28,854 nt of DNA from a virus. Its lineage: Duplodnaviria > Caudoviricetes. Positions 16,361 through 24,776 of the stretch are shown piece by piece. The stretch's first letter is position 1. Each line of letters begins with the position of its first letter. The stretch spans positions 1 to 28,854 of IMG/VR virus record IMGVR_UViG_3300005758_000151; one strand, written 5' to 3'. The notes below the pieces were generated by a model. It searched no databases, was not told the origin of the DNA, and was given only the letters and a program-made list of their open reading frames with translations. Both the position numbers and the translations under genes were made by a program.

Positions 16361-17635
16361 CTATGGTGTTAGGTTGCGTACGTCGATCTGGATTTCGTTG
16401 AGCTTGTTTAGAACTGCCGCATTGTCGGAGTCGCCGATAGACATCAGACTGGTCACTACCGTATTCGCTTCTAGAATTTGAGCTTCGGTAGTTAAGTGCA
16501 CGTTGTCAAGAAGAAACGATCCGCCCGCTGAGGTCCATCCCAATCGGTCGTTAGTCAGTCTTCGCAGATTGAGAAACGCCACGTTGGCGTCTAGGTCCGT
16601 TAATTGCTTAGCAGCTAGGTTGTAGTCGGACAGATTCGTTTGTTGTTGCGTTGTCAGCGCTGTCCTGGCAACATCCGGCACAATAAGAAAAGTCTGATCC
16701 GCTCCCAGCCAAGTTCTTAGAGTAGCGATAAGGGTCTGAAGATTAGTCCGATACTGATCTGGAGTGACATTGTTGCCACTGTCATTGGCACCGAATTGTA
16801 GGATTACCAAATCAAATGGTCCCATAGCTGCAGTCGCTCGTCCTGCATTAGCATGGCTCGCTAGAACATTCGTTACTTGATAACCTCCTGCACCCGCCGG
16901 TGTTAGCGCGATTCCTCGTGCGTTCGCATGCCGAAATCTGGCGGATGTGATTCTTATAGGAGTGGAAGTGGCACTGCGAATTGCAATTTGCGCATAGTGA
17001 TTAGTGGCATGCTGGGTGTAGCGTTGCGTTCTTACAATGTAATCATTTGCTGCGTTAAGCGCCCATCCGCTTGTAGTGGTAAGCGTTGGACCTGCAGCAA
17101 AGTAATTAGTTGCATTCGTCGCTAAGGTGTTAAATATCAACTGCGCTTCAGCACCGCCGCTTGTGTCCCTTTGAAAAAGGAAATCAATATCCAGATCGCC
17201 TGTTACGTCCTGATACCATTGGCGACTAGGGAAATTGGTACCCACCAAAGACGCATCGGGAAGTTGCATCCAAAGCGGCCCGTTGTCGGCATTTACATAA
17301 GAACGTGTAACGAAACCAGGCAATAATTGGTCCGTAGTGCTAACTTGTGCTCCGCCCGATATGTTTCCTCTCGCCAAGAAAACTGCAACTGGTGCGCCGC
17401 CTCCAAAACTCGACTGTGGCAACCATCGTGTTTCGCATCTGTTGCCGTAGTAACTCTGAAAAGCTTGATTGATCGCGGGTATATAGACGCTCCCAGATCC
17501 CCCCGGCGCAGTCTCTTGGCTGTCACCTAACATCAACCATCGACGCACGCCGGTGTACGCTTGATTGATTGAGTTTAGAATCTTTTGCCTAGCGTAAGGC
17601 TGAGCAACAAAATATGGTAGTGATGAAAAGCTCAT
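16361..17635 (-). CDS. SGNH/GDSL hydrolase domain protein
   Basis: All four blocks are visible: LGDSQ, GAGG, QFGAND and DNVH. A beta-rich insertion separates blocks I and II. Confidence 0.85.
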   Translation of the reverse strand: MSFSSLPYFVAQPYARQKILNSINQAYTGVRRWLMLGDSQETAPGGSGSVYIPAINQAFQSYYGNRCETRWLPQSSFGGGAPVAVFLARGNISGGAQVSTTDQLLPGFVTRSYVNADNGPLWMQLPDASLVGTNFPSRQWYQDVTGDLDIDFLFQRDTSGGAEAQLIFNTLATNATNYFAAGPTLTTTSGWALNAANDYIVRTQRYTQHATNHYAQIAIRSATSTPIRITSARFRHANARGIALTPAGAGGYQVTNVLASHANAGRATAAMGPFDLVILQFGANDSGNNVTPDQYRTNLQTLIATLRTWLGADQTFLIVPDVARTALTTQQQTNLSDYNLAAKQLTDLDANVAFLNLRRLTNDRLGWTSAGGSFLLDNVHLTTEAQILEANTVVTSLMSIGDSDNAAVLNKLNEIQIDVRNLTP

Positions 17636-17640
17636 TTTTA

Positions 17641-18114
17641 TTAAACGTCCCTGCTGAGCGTGCCGTCTGCGTTGTATGTCCGAGTGCGAGTAACCACGGC
17701 ACCATTTGCGAGAGTGTGAACAGTTACCGTTTTTTGCCCTAATCCGTTGTAAGTGTGAGTTTTTACTGACCCGTCACCATATATCACTGAAGTCAGTCGA
17801 CCGCCGACGTATATTGTGTCAGCAATGCCTCCAAAGTTAGACGCAAGCGATTCAATCAATTCGTCTTGCGTGACTAGATCCTCAAGCGGGATTGAATACG
17901 GACTCTCCCCGTCACCAACAATGACGCCATCAAATGGAGTCGATGTCGATGAGTCGATGATGTTCGGTCCGGGTGCACCTTCTTGACCTGGCTCGCCTAC
18001 CAATGATTCCAACCACTCGGATCTCGTGCCCTCAAAGCCCTGCTGCACTGCAATCTCGTACGCATCATAGCCAGGCCTGCCTACTCCTCTAATGATCGTT
18101 TTTAGCGTGCTCAT
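17641..18114 (-). CDS. Fibre-like protein with a short collagen stretch and YD/RHS-like end
   Basis: AYEIAVQQGFEGTRSEWLESL.GEPGQEGAPGP motif typical of phage fibre proteins, followed by TY..G..L / RTYNADGTL. Confidence 0.65.
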   Translation of the reverse strand: MSTLKTIIRGVGRPGYDAYEIAVQQGFEGTRSEWLESLVGEPGQEGAPGPNIIDSSTSTPFDGVIVGDGESPYSIPLEDLVTQDELIESLASNFGGIADTIYVGGRLTSVIYGDGSVKTHTYNGLGQKTVTVHTLANGAVVTRTRTYNADGTLSRDV

Positions 18115-18536
18115 ATGGATATACCTGGCTTTGTTACGTGTCGACTGACAAATGCGTGTCCGTAGTACAAAGGCTCTCGATCGCCTCCGCCTGGTGGCTG
18201 AAAAAAGATATCATGCACAAACTGACTCGCTCGATCCGTAATCAACTCACCGCATACGATTGCAGTGGTCTGAGCCTCAGTCATCGATAGCGAAAATTTA
18301 TTTATGTCAGTTATGATCGTTGTCGGCGTTGCGACCGGTGTACCGGTATCGAGTCCCTTTTTGCGAATCTGACAAATGACCTGGCCACCAGTCAAATCGT
18401 AAGGCACCACGTCGCCGTTTTCATCCTCGAGCTCGAGCTCGAATTCAAACGGTCCAAACTTGGCCCCCTGCTTGATGAGCATGTCAAACGGCTCGCCGAG
18501 CCAGCCTAATACGATTCGATCGCTGTCGCAGCTCAT
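18111..18536 (-). CDS. BppU-N-like fibre adaptor protein
   Basis: IKQGA.F, YDLTG....QIRK, LSMTEAQT, HDI, LYYG..FV...VT pattern of fibre attachment beta-sandwiches. Confidence 0.6.
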   Translation of the reverse strand: MSCDSDRIVLGWLGEPFDMLIKQGAKFGPFEFELELEDENGDVVPYDLTGGQVICQIRKKGLDTGTPVATPTTIITDINKFSLSMTEAQTTAIVCGELITDRASQFVHDIFFQPPGGGDREPLYYGHAFVSRHVTKPGISI

Positions 18537-20323
18537 GCGTCCACCTCGTCGTATTCGCCCTCTTCGATGTCCTCAAGCTCGTCGGCATCATCGTCGATCT
18601 CATCGAGCAGTGCATCGATCGTCGTTTGCTTTAGCCCTAGCGAGCTGAGAAACAATCCGGTGCGAGTGCGTGTCCACTCGCCAGCACTAAAGTGATGGAT
18701 CGCGTCATCAATCGCCTTGGTCGCGTTGTGCATTTGGCGTCGCGACATATCGCGGAATTCGCCTGCAGGCTGATCGAGCTCGCTCTCGGCCTCTGCTGGT
18801 GCGGCTCCGTTCGGAAGTGCCCCGGTTGTTGTAACTCCTGAAGGCCCAGAGACGCGAGCAGATCCACTTGCTGCGGGTACAGCTGGCGGCGGTACGTTGC
18901 CCATCGGTCCACCGAGCTCGGCGAGCTGGCGGCGTCGCAAGGCCTGGCGTAGCAGCTGCTGGTGATGTTCCTCGGGATCGATGTTTTGCTCGAGCAAATA
19001 TTGCTCCTCGGTCTTGAGCCCTGCATCGAGCATGGTCACAGCTGCAGATGCCTCTTTGCTCGGATCCACATGCTTGGGTGGATTCCATCGCCAGTGGCGT
19101 GCCACTGGTACCTCGAGCATCGAGCCTGGTGCTATGGGCACATAGCTGCTGATCATGAGTGCCTCATCGAGCCACCATTCAAAGATTCGATCGAGGCATT
19201 CCAGCTCCCACTGCGATCGCTCGACGTCGATAGCCTCGTAGTACGTCTGATGATCGAGTCGGCCCGAGCTGTAATTGTATTTGCTCGAGTCGGCCAGAGC
19301 TTTGTTCGCTGGCATGTGGACGCAGCGAGCGATTTCATTGAGGATGGCGTTGCGGAACACTTCATACGTAGTGGTCGGCTGCTCGGGCTTGAATTGGTTC
19401 AATCGCCAGCCCTTGGGCAGGCTCATCATCATGTTTCGGACGATCGGTAGCATCAAGGGATCTTCGCCATCCCCAAGATCTTCAGAGTAGGGATTGCCAT
19501 CTTCGTCAAAGCTGGTCGCCTCGGTCTGCATCACACCAGCGAGATTGGCAGCGGTTTCGCTGGCTGCTATCGTCGCCAATGTCCAGCGTCTGAGGAATGC
19601 AAACAGAGGCAGAGCAGTCGTGATCTCGGGAATGCCTCGCACCTGGCCTGGTCTCTCGACGCGGAATAGGTGGATGATGTCATCGGGTGTGACGTCGATC
19701 TTATCCCAGGCTCGCAGATTCCATATGTCGCCCGGGTGCGACTTGAGCATGTGGTAATTGATCGGATAACCGTATTTGTCGAATTCGATGCCGTCGACTT
19801 GGCCATCGATCCCATCCATAAAGCCAGGCGTCGAGATCTGATCGGCTTCAATGAGTCGAATATCAAGCTGTACCGGTGTGCGTAGTCGTTTGTTGTACGA
19901 TTTCAACATAAAGACTTCGCCATCGACTACCTTGGATAATCTGGCGGTGCGTAGCTTGGCGGCGAGATTGACCGAGCGAGACCAAGCCCGCCATTCTCGC
20001 TCGATCCATCGATCGAGATCTTTATCACCGGTATTGAGCTGCAAGCAAGGCCCGGTCGAGATCGTATCGTTTGCCAGCGTGAGACAGATTCCTTTTGCAA
20101 AGGCGTTTGCCTGGTGGCATTCGTAGCGAGCTCGCGATCGCAGTTTGCGACGTACCTCGATCGAGTTCGCTGCAGCAGCTGAGTCGTGATCGGCCCAGCT
20201 CCAATGGCGGCGATTTTCCTCGGTATCTTGCGCAGCGTCGTACTTGGCATTGAGTCGGCCTCGAGATCTCGAGGCCTGCGGCTGCGATGCAGTGAGAGGC
20301 TTGCCGTATTGATCGACCAGCAT
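18533..20323 (-). CDS. Portal protein, lambda family, with C-terminal extension
   Basis: LRSRAR, DGEVF, LIEADQ, DGIEFD.YG.P..Y, IIHLF...RPGQVRGIP, NYSSGR, VDPSKE. Confidence 0.95.
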   Translation of the reverse strand: MLVDQYGKPLTASQPQASRSRGRLNAKYDAAQDTEENRRHWSWADHDSAAAANSIEVRRKLRSRARYECHQANAFAKGICLTLANDTISTGPCLQLNTGDKDLDRWIEREWRAWSRSVNLAAKLRTARLSKVVDGEVFMLKSYNKRLRTPVQLDIRLIEADQISTPGFMDGIDGQVDGIEFDKYGYPINYHMLKSHPGDIWNLRAWDKIDVTPDDIIHLFRVERPGQVRGIPEITTALPLFAFLRRWTLATIAASETAANLAGVMQTEATSFDEDGNPYSEDLGDGEDPLMLPIVRNMMMSLPKGWRLNQFKPEQPTTTYEVFRNAILNEIARCVHMPANKALADSSKYNYSSGRLDHQTYYEAIDVERSQWELECLDRIFEWWLDEALMISSYVPIAPGSMLEVPVARHWRWNPPKHVDPSKEASAAVTMLDAGLKTEEQYLLEQNIDPEEHHQQLLRQALRRRQLAELGGPMGNVPPPAVPAASGSARVSGPSGVTTTGALPNGAAPAEAESELDQPAGEFRDMSRRQMHNATKAIDDAIHHFSAGEWTRTRTGLFLSSLGLKQTTIDALLDEIDDDADELEDIEEGEYDEVDA

Positions 20324-20550
20324 TACTGCCTCCTCGTTTCGCCTACGGCAGAGCCAGGAACGAATCGAGTCAGCAGTACGCCTCGAGATCGCTTGCGGGC
20401 GGTGCGATTGGCGTCCGCCTGTTGTAGAGCGGCGATCTGATCAGCAGCAGATCGGCCAGTGACGGTGAGACCATCGGCAGAGACCGATTGCGGCCCCATG
20501 GCGTTGGTTAGGATCGAATCAGCATTGGGTGTGGGGTCTGCAGTGCTCAT
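20323..20550 (-). CDS. Head completion protein (gpW-like)
   Basis: 75 aa between terminase and portal with a TAATG overlap. SVSADGLTVT.RS..DQI resembles the gpW hairpin. Confidence 0.7.
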   Translation of the reverse strand: MSTADPTPNADSILTNAMGPQSVSADGLTVTGRSAADQIAALQQADANRTARKRSRGVLLTRFVPGSAVGETRRQ

Positions 20551-20602
20551 GCACCGACGTTATCACAGCCCCCCCAAAATCGACGAATTTTAGATTCCAA
20601 TA
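20547..20602 (-). promoter_or_regulatory. 56-bp conserved late-gene upstream element, copy 2
   Basis: 53 of 56 nt identical to 16285-16340. It runs directly into the ATG of the gpW-like gene. Confidence 0.8.
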
Positions 20603-20620
20603 GCGATAGTCGATCTCGAG

Positions 20621-20688
20621 GTAGCCGATCTCGCCAGAGATTGGATGCGTTGCTGGCGTGCATCCAAAGTCTGGCGACGCACGGCTAC
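20621..20688. repeat. GTAG-type REP inverted pair, family 1 (second full copy)
   Basis: GTAGCCGATCTCGCCAGAGATTGGATGC...GCATCCAAAGTCTGGCGACGCACGGCTAC, homologous to 8531-8598, located just after the terminase stop. Confidence 0.85.
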
Positions 20689-20696
20689 GAGAAAGA

Positions 20697-22820
20697 TCAT
20701 GCTGCATGCTTGCGCATGATGTCGGCGTAGCGATCGCGGACACTCTTGCCCGATTTCTGAGGTGGCTTTCGGCGAGTGGTGGGCAAGGCCTCGGCTTCGT
20801 TGGTGGCTCCCTCCATTGATGCGGCGATGCCTGCCATCGCGACTGCATCGAGCAAGTGATTGTCGCGGTTTGGCTTGAGCGACCACTCGTACAGCGTGCG
20901 ACCATGGCCAGAGGTCTCGATCGGATACTCGGCTGACAAATTATCGGCGATCATGCGATGTCGGCTCGGATGAGCGCGGAACAAATGCCAGGCCCCGGCA
21001 GCTGAGGCGTCCATCGAAAACGATTCAGCGATAAAGGTCTTAAATCGGTTGGTGTCGATGTGCACCGAGCGAGCTCCTCGCACTTGTCGCACCGGTGGCA
21101 TACGCCAGCAGAATCCTCGTCGCTCGCCTCGCTGTTTTGGCATCTGCGACCAGGGTTTTTTCTTGGCCGTAATTCCCTCGCCCTTGCTCGGCATGAGCTT
21201 CATCGAGCCTTCGTAGCCGTTGCAGAATTGGAAGATCGTTTCGCTACGATAGCCACTGTCGATCAGCCCTCGCTCGATTCGCAATACTGTGCCATCGTTT
21301 CGCACGAATCGACGCGCTGCGAGCTCGCTCGTCAATCGCTTGAGTGCTTCGAGTAATGCCTCAGCTGGTCGCGAGATCTTTAATTTGCGTTGATACGACA
21401 TTTCAATGTCGGCCAGCGTTACGTACTCGATGCCCTGATCCGGCCATACGCCATAGTCTGTGACCAGGCCCGAGAAGTCTGAGCCAGTGGCCAGGATCGC
21501 CCACCAGAGCGATGATCCCTGTACGTCGATACCGAGCGTGACCCATTCGGCCCAGTCTGGTAGCTCGCCTCGCTTGTGCGTTTGGAGTACTCGCAAGCAG
21601 TACTCATCGGAGTTGAGTACTTTGATGCCAGTCGATACCTCGATCTCGGGCTTGGGTTCATTGTTGTACTCGGCATCGAATGTATCAGGATTATCCTCGC
21701 GTAATCCATAAGCATGCTGAATGGCCGAGATCTCGTGATCGTAATGCCGATGCTCCCACCCGCAGCGAGCCCCTTTGTCCATCGCTTTACGATTCTTGCG
21801 ATAGAAAGCAGTCGCTTTCGGGTGCGTGTCATCGCCCCCGAGGATCTCCTCGCGACGGATCTCGAGATACTTATTCCAGAGCTCTTCATTCTCAGGCCAG
21901 GCATAGACCAGCTTGCATCTGCGGCCATGCCATTTCGGATTGAGTTGCCGATTGAGCAGTCGATCGGCAGCATCGTTTTGCACGATGACTGTCACCGCAG
22001 CAAATCCCGAGATCCGTTTTCCGGGCCCAGCGAGACCGAGGATTGCAGCAGATAGAATCTTTTCGCGTTTCGCACATTCGATCGCAGACTTGGCCGAGGT
22101 GTCGGTCTGAGGATCGTTGATGAGCACGAAATCCGGTCGCACGGTCTCGCCATTGGGCATGAGGACCTGCATACCACGAATGCGGCCTAGGATGCCGGTG
22201 CAGCGAATGGTGGCACCGGATGCGACGCTACCGACTACCGTCGGATAGGTAATGCTCTTTTTGGTCCATCCGATTTGGGTACGTTGGCCGAGGCAGGTTT
22301 GTGCGTTGGCTCTTTGGGTGATTCCCTCGAGCTTGCGAATCGGCACAGCGATCTCTGGAAAGTCCTCTAGTAAGAGATCGTTGGTTTCCCATTCGCCCTT
22401 GATCGTGTCGAGCGACTCCTCAGCTGCAGATTTGTCGGCCTCGACGAGCAGCACCACTTTGCGATGCCCGTACGATGTGGCCCACATGGCAGCACGAATA
22501 AGGATCGTCGTTTTCCCGGATCCCCGAGGCATTGCGATCGCAGAGAGACCGCCCTCGAGAACTTTCTTCTCGATGTCGGCGATGATGTCGAGGTGATCCT
22601 GGCTGAATGGTTTCAAAAACGATTCAGCGAAGTACGTCAGCAAATATCGCTTGAGGTCTCGCTCGCAGGCCTGGCGGCGTTTGAAATTCTTGGGGCGTGG
22701 GATGCGGCCTAGATCCTTGGCATCGGTGGCCTTTTCGCGTTGGCGATTGTTGGCACGGATCTTGTGCTGCTGGTAGCTATCGTCGTAATCGTCGGCTGCT
22801 GCTGGTGGCTTGCGTGGCAT
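20697..22820 (-). CDS. terL: Terminase large subunit (lambda gpA-like nuclease domain)
   Basis: Walker A MPRGSGKT, Walker B-like FVLINDPQ, nuclease motifs LGIDVQ, LIDSGY and NHLLDA. The start at 22820 (MPRKPP) is preferred, but the ORF is open to 23012. Confidence 0.93.
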   Translation of the reverse strand: MPRKPPAAADDYDDSYQQHKIRANNRQREKATDAKDLGRIPRPKNFKRRQACERDLKRYLLTYFAESFLKPFSQDHLDIIADIEKKVLEGGLSAIAMPRGSGKTTILIRAAMWATSYGHRKVVLLVEADKSAAEESLDTIKGEWETNDLLLEDFPEIAVPIRKLEGITQRANAQTCLGQRTQIGWTKKSITYPTVVGSVASGATIRCTGILGRIRGMQVLMPNGETVRPDFVLINDPQTDTSAKSAIECAKREKILSAAILGLAGPGKRISGFAAVTVIVQNDAADRLLNRQLNPKWHGRRCKLVYAWPENEELWNKYLEIRREEILGGDDTHPKATAFYRKNRKAMDKGARCGWEHRHYDHEISAIQHAYGLREDNPDTFDAEYNNEPKPEIEVSTGIKVLNSDEYCLRVLQTHKRGELPDWAEWVTLGIDVQGSSLWWAILATGSDFSGLVTDYGVWPDQGIEYVTLADIEMSYQRKLKISRPAEALLEALKRLTSELAARRFVRNDGTVLRIERGLIDSGYRSETIFQFCNGYEGSMKLMPSKGEGITAKKKPWSQMPKQRGERRGFCWRMPPVRQVRGARSVHIDTNRFKTFIAESFSMDASAAGAWHLFRAHPSRHRMIADNLSAEYPIETSGHGRTLYEWSLKPNRDNHLLDAVAMAGIAASMEGATNEAEALPTTRRKPPQKSGKSVRDRYADIMRKHAA

Positions 22821-23121
22821 AGGGGGCGATCCTGTGCTTGGGGGTTGGGCGTTTCTTTCGACCGCAGCCGGTTTGGGCTGTTTGTCGTGGCATCGATCGC
22901 AGCTGCTCGATGCGTGATCGGAGTCGCGAGGCCTTGTACGGTGCGGCTCCGCAGTCGAAATAGTAGTAGGTCCAAAATGGTGTCGAGCGACATGCTCGAG
23001 CGATCGTGCCACAATCGGGGCAGATCTTCGCTGTGCAGCGTGGTTGTCTCGTGTAGCTGTTGTCTATGAGAATGGTGCGTGGATCTGCTGCAGCGTGGCT
23101 AAGTTGGTGCATGGGTGGCAT
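22777..23121 (-). CDS. Small basic protein with a possible Zn-ribbon
   Basis: CTAKICPDCG...CRST...YYYFDC. It fills the gap upstream of terL. Confidence 0.4.
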   Translation of the reverse strand: MPPMHQLSHAAADPRTILIDNSYTRQPRCTAKICPDCGTIARACRSTPFWTYYYFDCGAAPYKASRLRSRIEQLRSMPRQTAQTGCGRKKRPTPKHRIAPYATQATSSSRRLRR

Positions 23122-23842
23122 AGCCTCGCCATACTAGCCAGCTGTTGAGCGTGCGTGTCGGCCGGTACCAGAGCCAGCCTGCCATCGGCTGCGAGACTCG
23201 CAGTTGCTCGAGCCAATCGCTGATCGATTGGCCTGGTGGCAGTGGCACCGTGTAGACTCGGCCCTGCGCATGCACCACGCTATCGATCATCTGGTACCAG
23301 CGTGCGATCTGGTAACAATCGATCATGGCGATCGGTAACTCGTGATCATCAGAGCCCATGCATCGCACGAGATCCTGCTCGCTGTAGTGCATCACTCGGC
23401 ATTGCATCGTGATCTGATTGCCAGGCCTGGTGCGTGGTCTGCGGTTTGGTACCTGGTGGGATCGAGTCGGATAAGGTGGGCTCGTTTGGACGTCCGGTAG
23501 CTGTGCAAGGTGCTCATTGATCGTCTCGGTGTCCGTGAGCCAGAGCCAGCCTGGTTTCGCGGTCCCTTTGCTTAGCTGCTTGATCCAGTTCGGATGCTGC
23601 ATCGAGGTAGGCGTCGGAATGGTCAGGCTAAGATTCGGGGCCCGTAGCAGCAGAGCATTGATCGCGGCCCGAGTGGCTCGCGAGTAGCATTCGCCTCGAG
23701 GGAATGCATTGATCGGTACGATCGTGAAATCGTGACCGCAGCGGGTGCGAGCGATGATGCCGGTTTTGATGAGCCTTGCCTCAGCGATTGGCAGCGTGAC
23801 GCCTGGCTCTGGCCTGGTCTCAGGTGCAGTGATTTGCATCAA
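23099..23842 (-). CDS. Hypothetical protein with two internal repeats, possibly degenerate SNase/thermonuclease-like folds
   Basis: Each half ends similarly: GWLWLTDTETINEHL and GWLWYRPTRTLNSWLVWRGYA. Confidence 0.5.
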   Translation of the reverse strand: MMQITAPETRPEPGVTLPIAEARLIKTGIIARTRCGHDFTIVPINAFPRGECYSRATRAAINALLLRAPNLSLTIPTPTSMQHPNWIKQLSKGTAKPGWLWLTDTETINEHLAQLPDVQTSPPYPTRSHQVPNRRPRTRPGNQITMQCRVMHYSEQDLVRCMGSDDHELPIAMIDCYQIARWYQMIDSVVHAQGRVYTVPLPPGQSISDWLEQLRVSQPMAGWLWYRPTRTLNSWLVWRGYATHAPT

Positions 23843-23844
23843 GA

Positions 23845-24507
23845 CTATTCGGCTATTTTGTCGGTCAAGGCATCGAAAATCGATTGGTCTCTGAGTTTTT
23901 TCATCAATTCAGATAGCAATTGTGAGATTCTGGACTCGCTGAGACCCAATATCATGCCAATGTTTCTCAGAGTGACATCGTGATAGAAACGCAGATAGAG
24001 AAGATTCTGCTCGAGTAAACTGAGCCCCTTGGTAGCCTCGCGGAATGTATCGGCCTCTTTGATCGAGCATCGGCTGCTGCGAGCTCTTGGATGATGGTAC
24101 TGCTTTTCGAGCGTACCGAGAACGGTGGGCTGTCTAGTTCTGACTCCTACTTTTTCGAGATCCTCATCGGTCGGTGGGCGTTGCAGTTTCTGAGTCAGAT
24201 AGGCGATCGCTTTATCTCGCTCAGTGGCCATCTGGCGTGATCGTCGCGAAAGATGATCAGCGTTGCGGATCGCGTCCAGCATTTCGCTATGGCAGCAGTG
24301 AGCGATCCAAGTCGTAATCGATCGGCCCTGTGATTCATCGAATGATCGTATCGCACGCAGTAATCCGACATGGGCAGCACTTTCGAGTGCATCGAGATCC
24401 CATTTGTTGCATTTCTTCCATAGCTTTCGTGCGAGCGAAATGGCGAGGCGTTGATGCTTGGTCGCGAGTTCGGCCTCGCGTTGGGGATCGGTTTGTTTGG
24501 CTCTCAT
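23845..24507 (-). CDS. Sigma-70 family sigma factor, FliA/WhiG-like
   Basis: Region 2 (DALESAAHVGLLRAIRSFDESQG..ITTW...EMLDAIR..DHLSR), region 3 (LTQKLQRPPTDEDL) and region 4 HTH (TLRNIGMILGLSESRISQL). Confidence 0.92.
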   Translation of the reverse strand: MRAKQTDPQREAELATKHQRLAISLARKLWKKCNKWDLDALESAAHVGLLRAIRSFDESQGRSITTWIAHCCHSEMLDAIRNADHLSRRSRQMATERDKAIAYLTQKLQRPPTDEDLEKVGVRTRQPTVLGTLEKQYHHPRARSSRCSIKEADTFREATKGLSLLEQNLLYLRFYHDVTLRNIGMILGLSESRISQLLSELMKKLRDQSIFDALTDKIAE

Positions 24508-24550
24508 CTCGGTACGCTACCGAGATTTGACACGATAGGTCAAGCAGCGT

Positions 24551-24775
24551 TTAGAGTATCTTGTGGCTCAGCCCCATAGCGTGGATGCGTGCGGCCAGTA
24601 CTCTCTGGTACCCGTTCATGTGTACCAGTTGCTCATCGAGTCTTTGCCTCTCGGCCTCTTCGAGCGATCGAAAGAGCGGCGTGAATGTGAATGCTGCGAG
24701 CTTGTCTCGTCGCTCCGTAAGCTCCTTGTACTCGTCAAGTACTCGCTGTTGATGGGGTTGAATTTCGTTAGTCAT
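24551..24775 (-). CDS. crAss001_48-like small helical protein
   Basis: PHQQRVLDE..EL..R.DKL.AF....F..L...E..RL..Q...M..Y..VL..RI pattern. Confidence 0.7.
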   Translation of the reverse strand: MTNEIQPHQQRVLDEYKELTERRDKLAAFTFTPLFRSLEEAERQRLDEQLVHMNGYQRVLAARIHAMGLSHKIL

Positions 24776-24776
24776 C

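Noticed and set aside
5013-22820. Gene transfer agent or contractile injection system
   Set aside because: Integrase, replication and early genes are present, and no sheath or baseplate wedge genes are seen, which fits a temperate siphophage.
22821-23012. N-terminal extension of the terminase in the ORF track
   Set aside because: It looks off-frame and overlaps ORF 22777..23121. The start at 22820 is more plausible.
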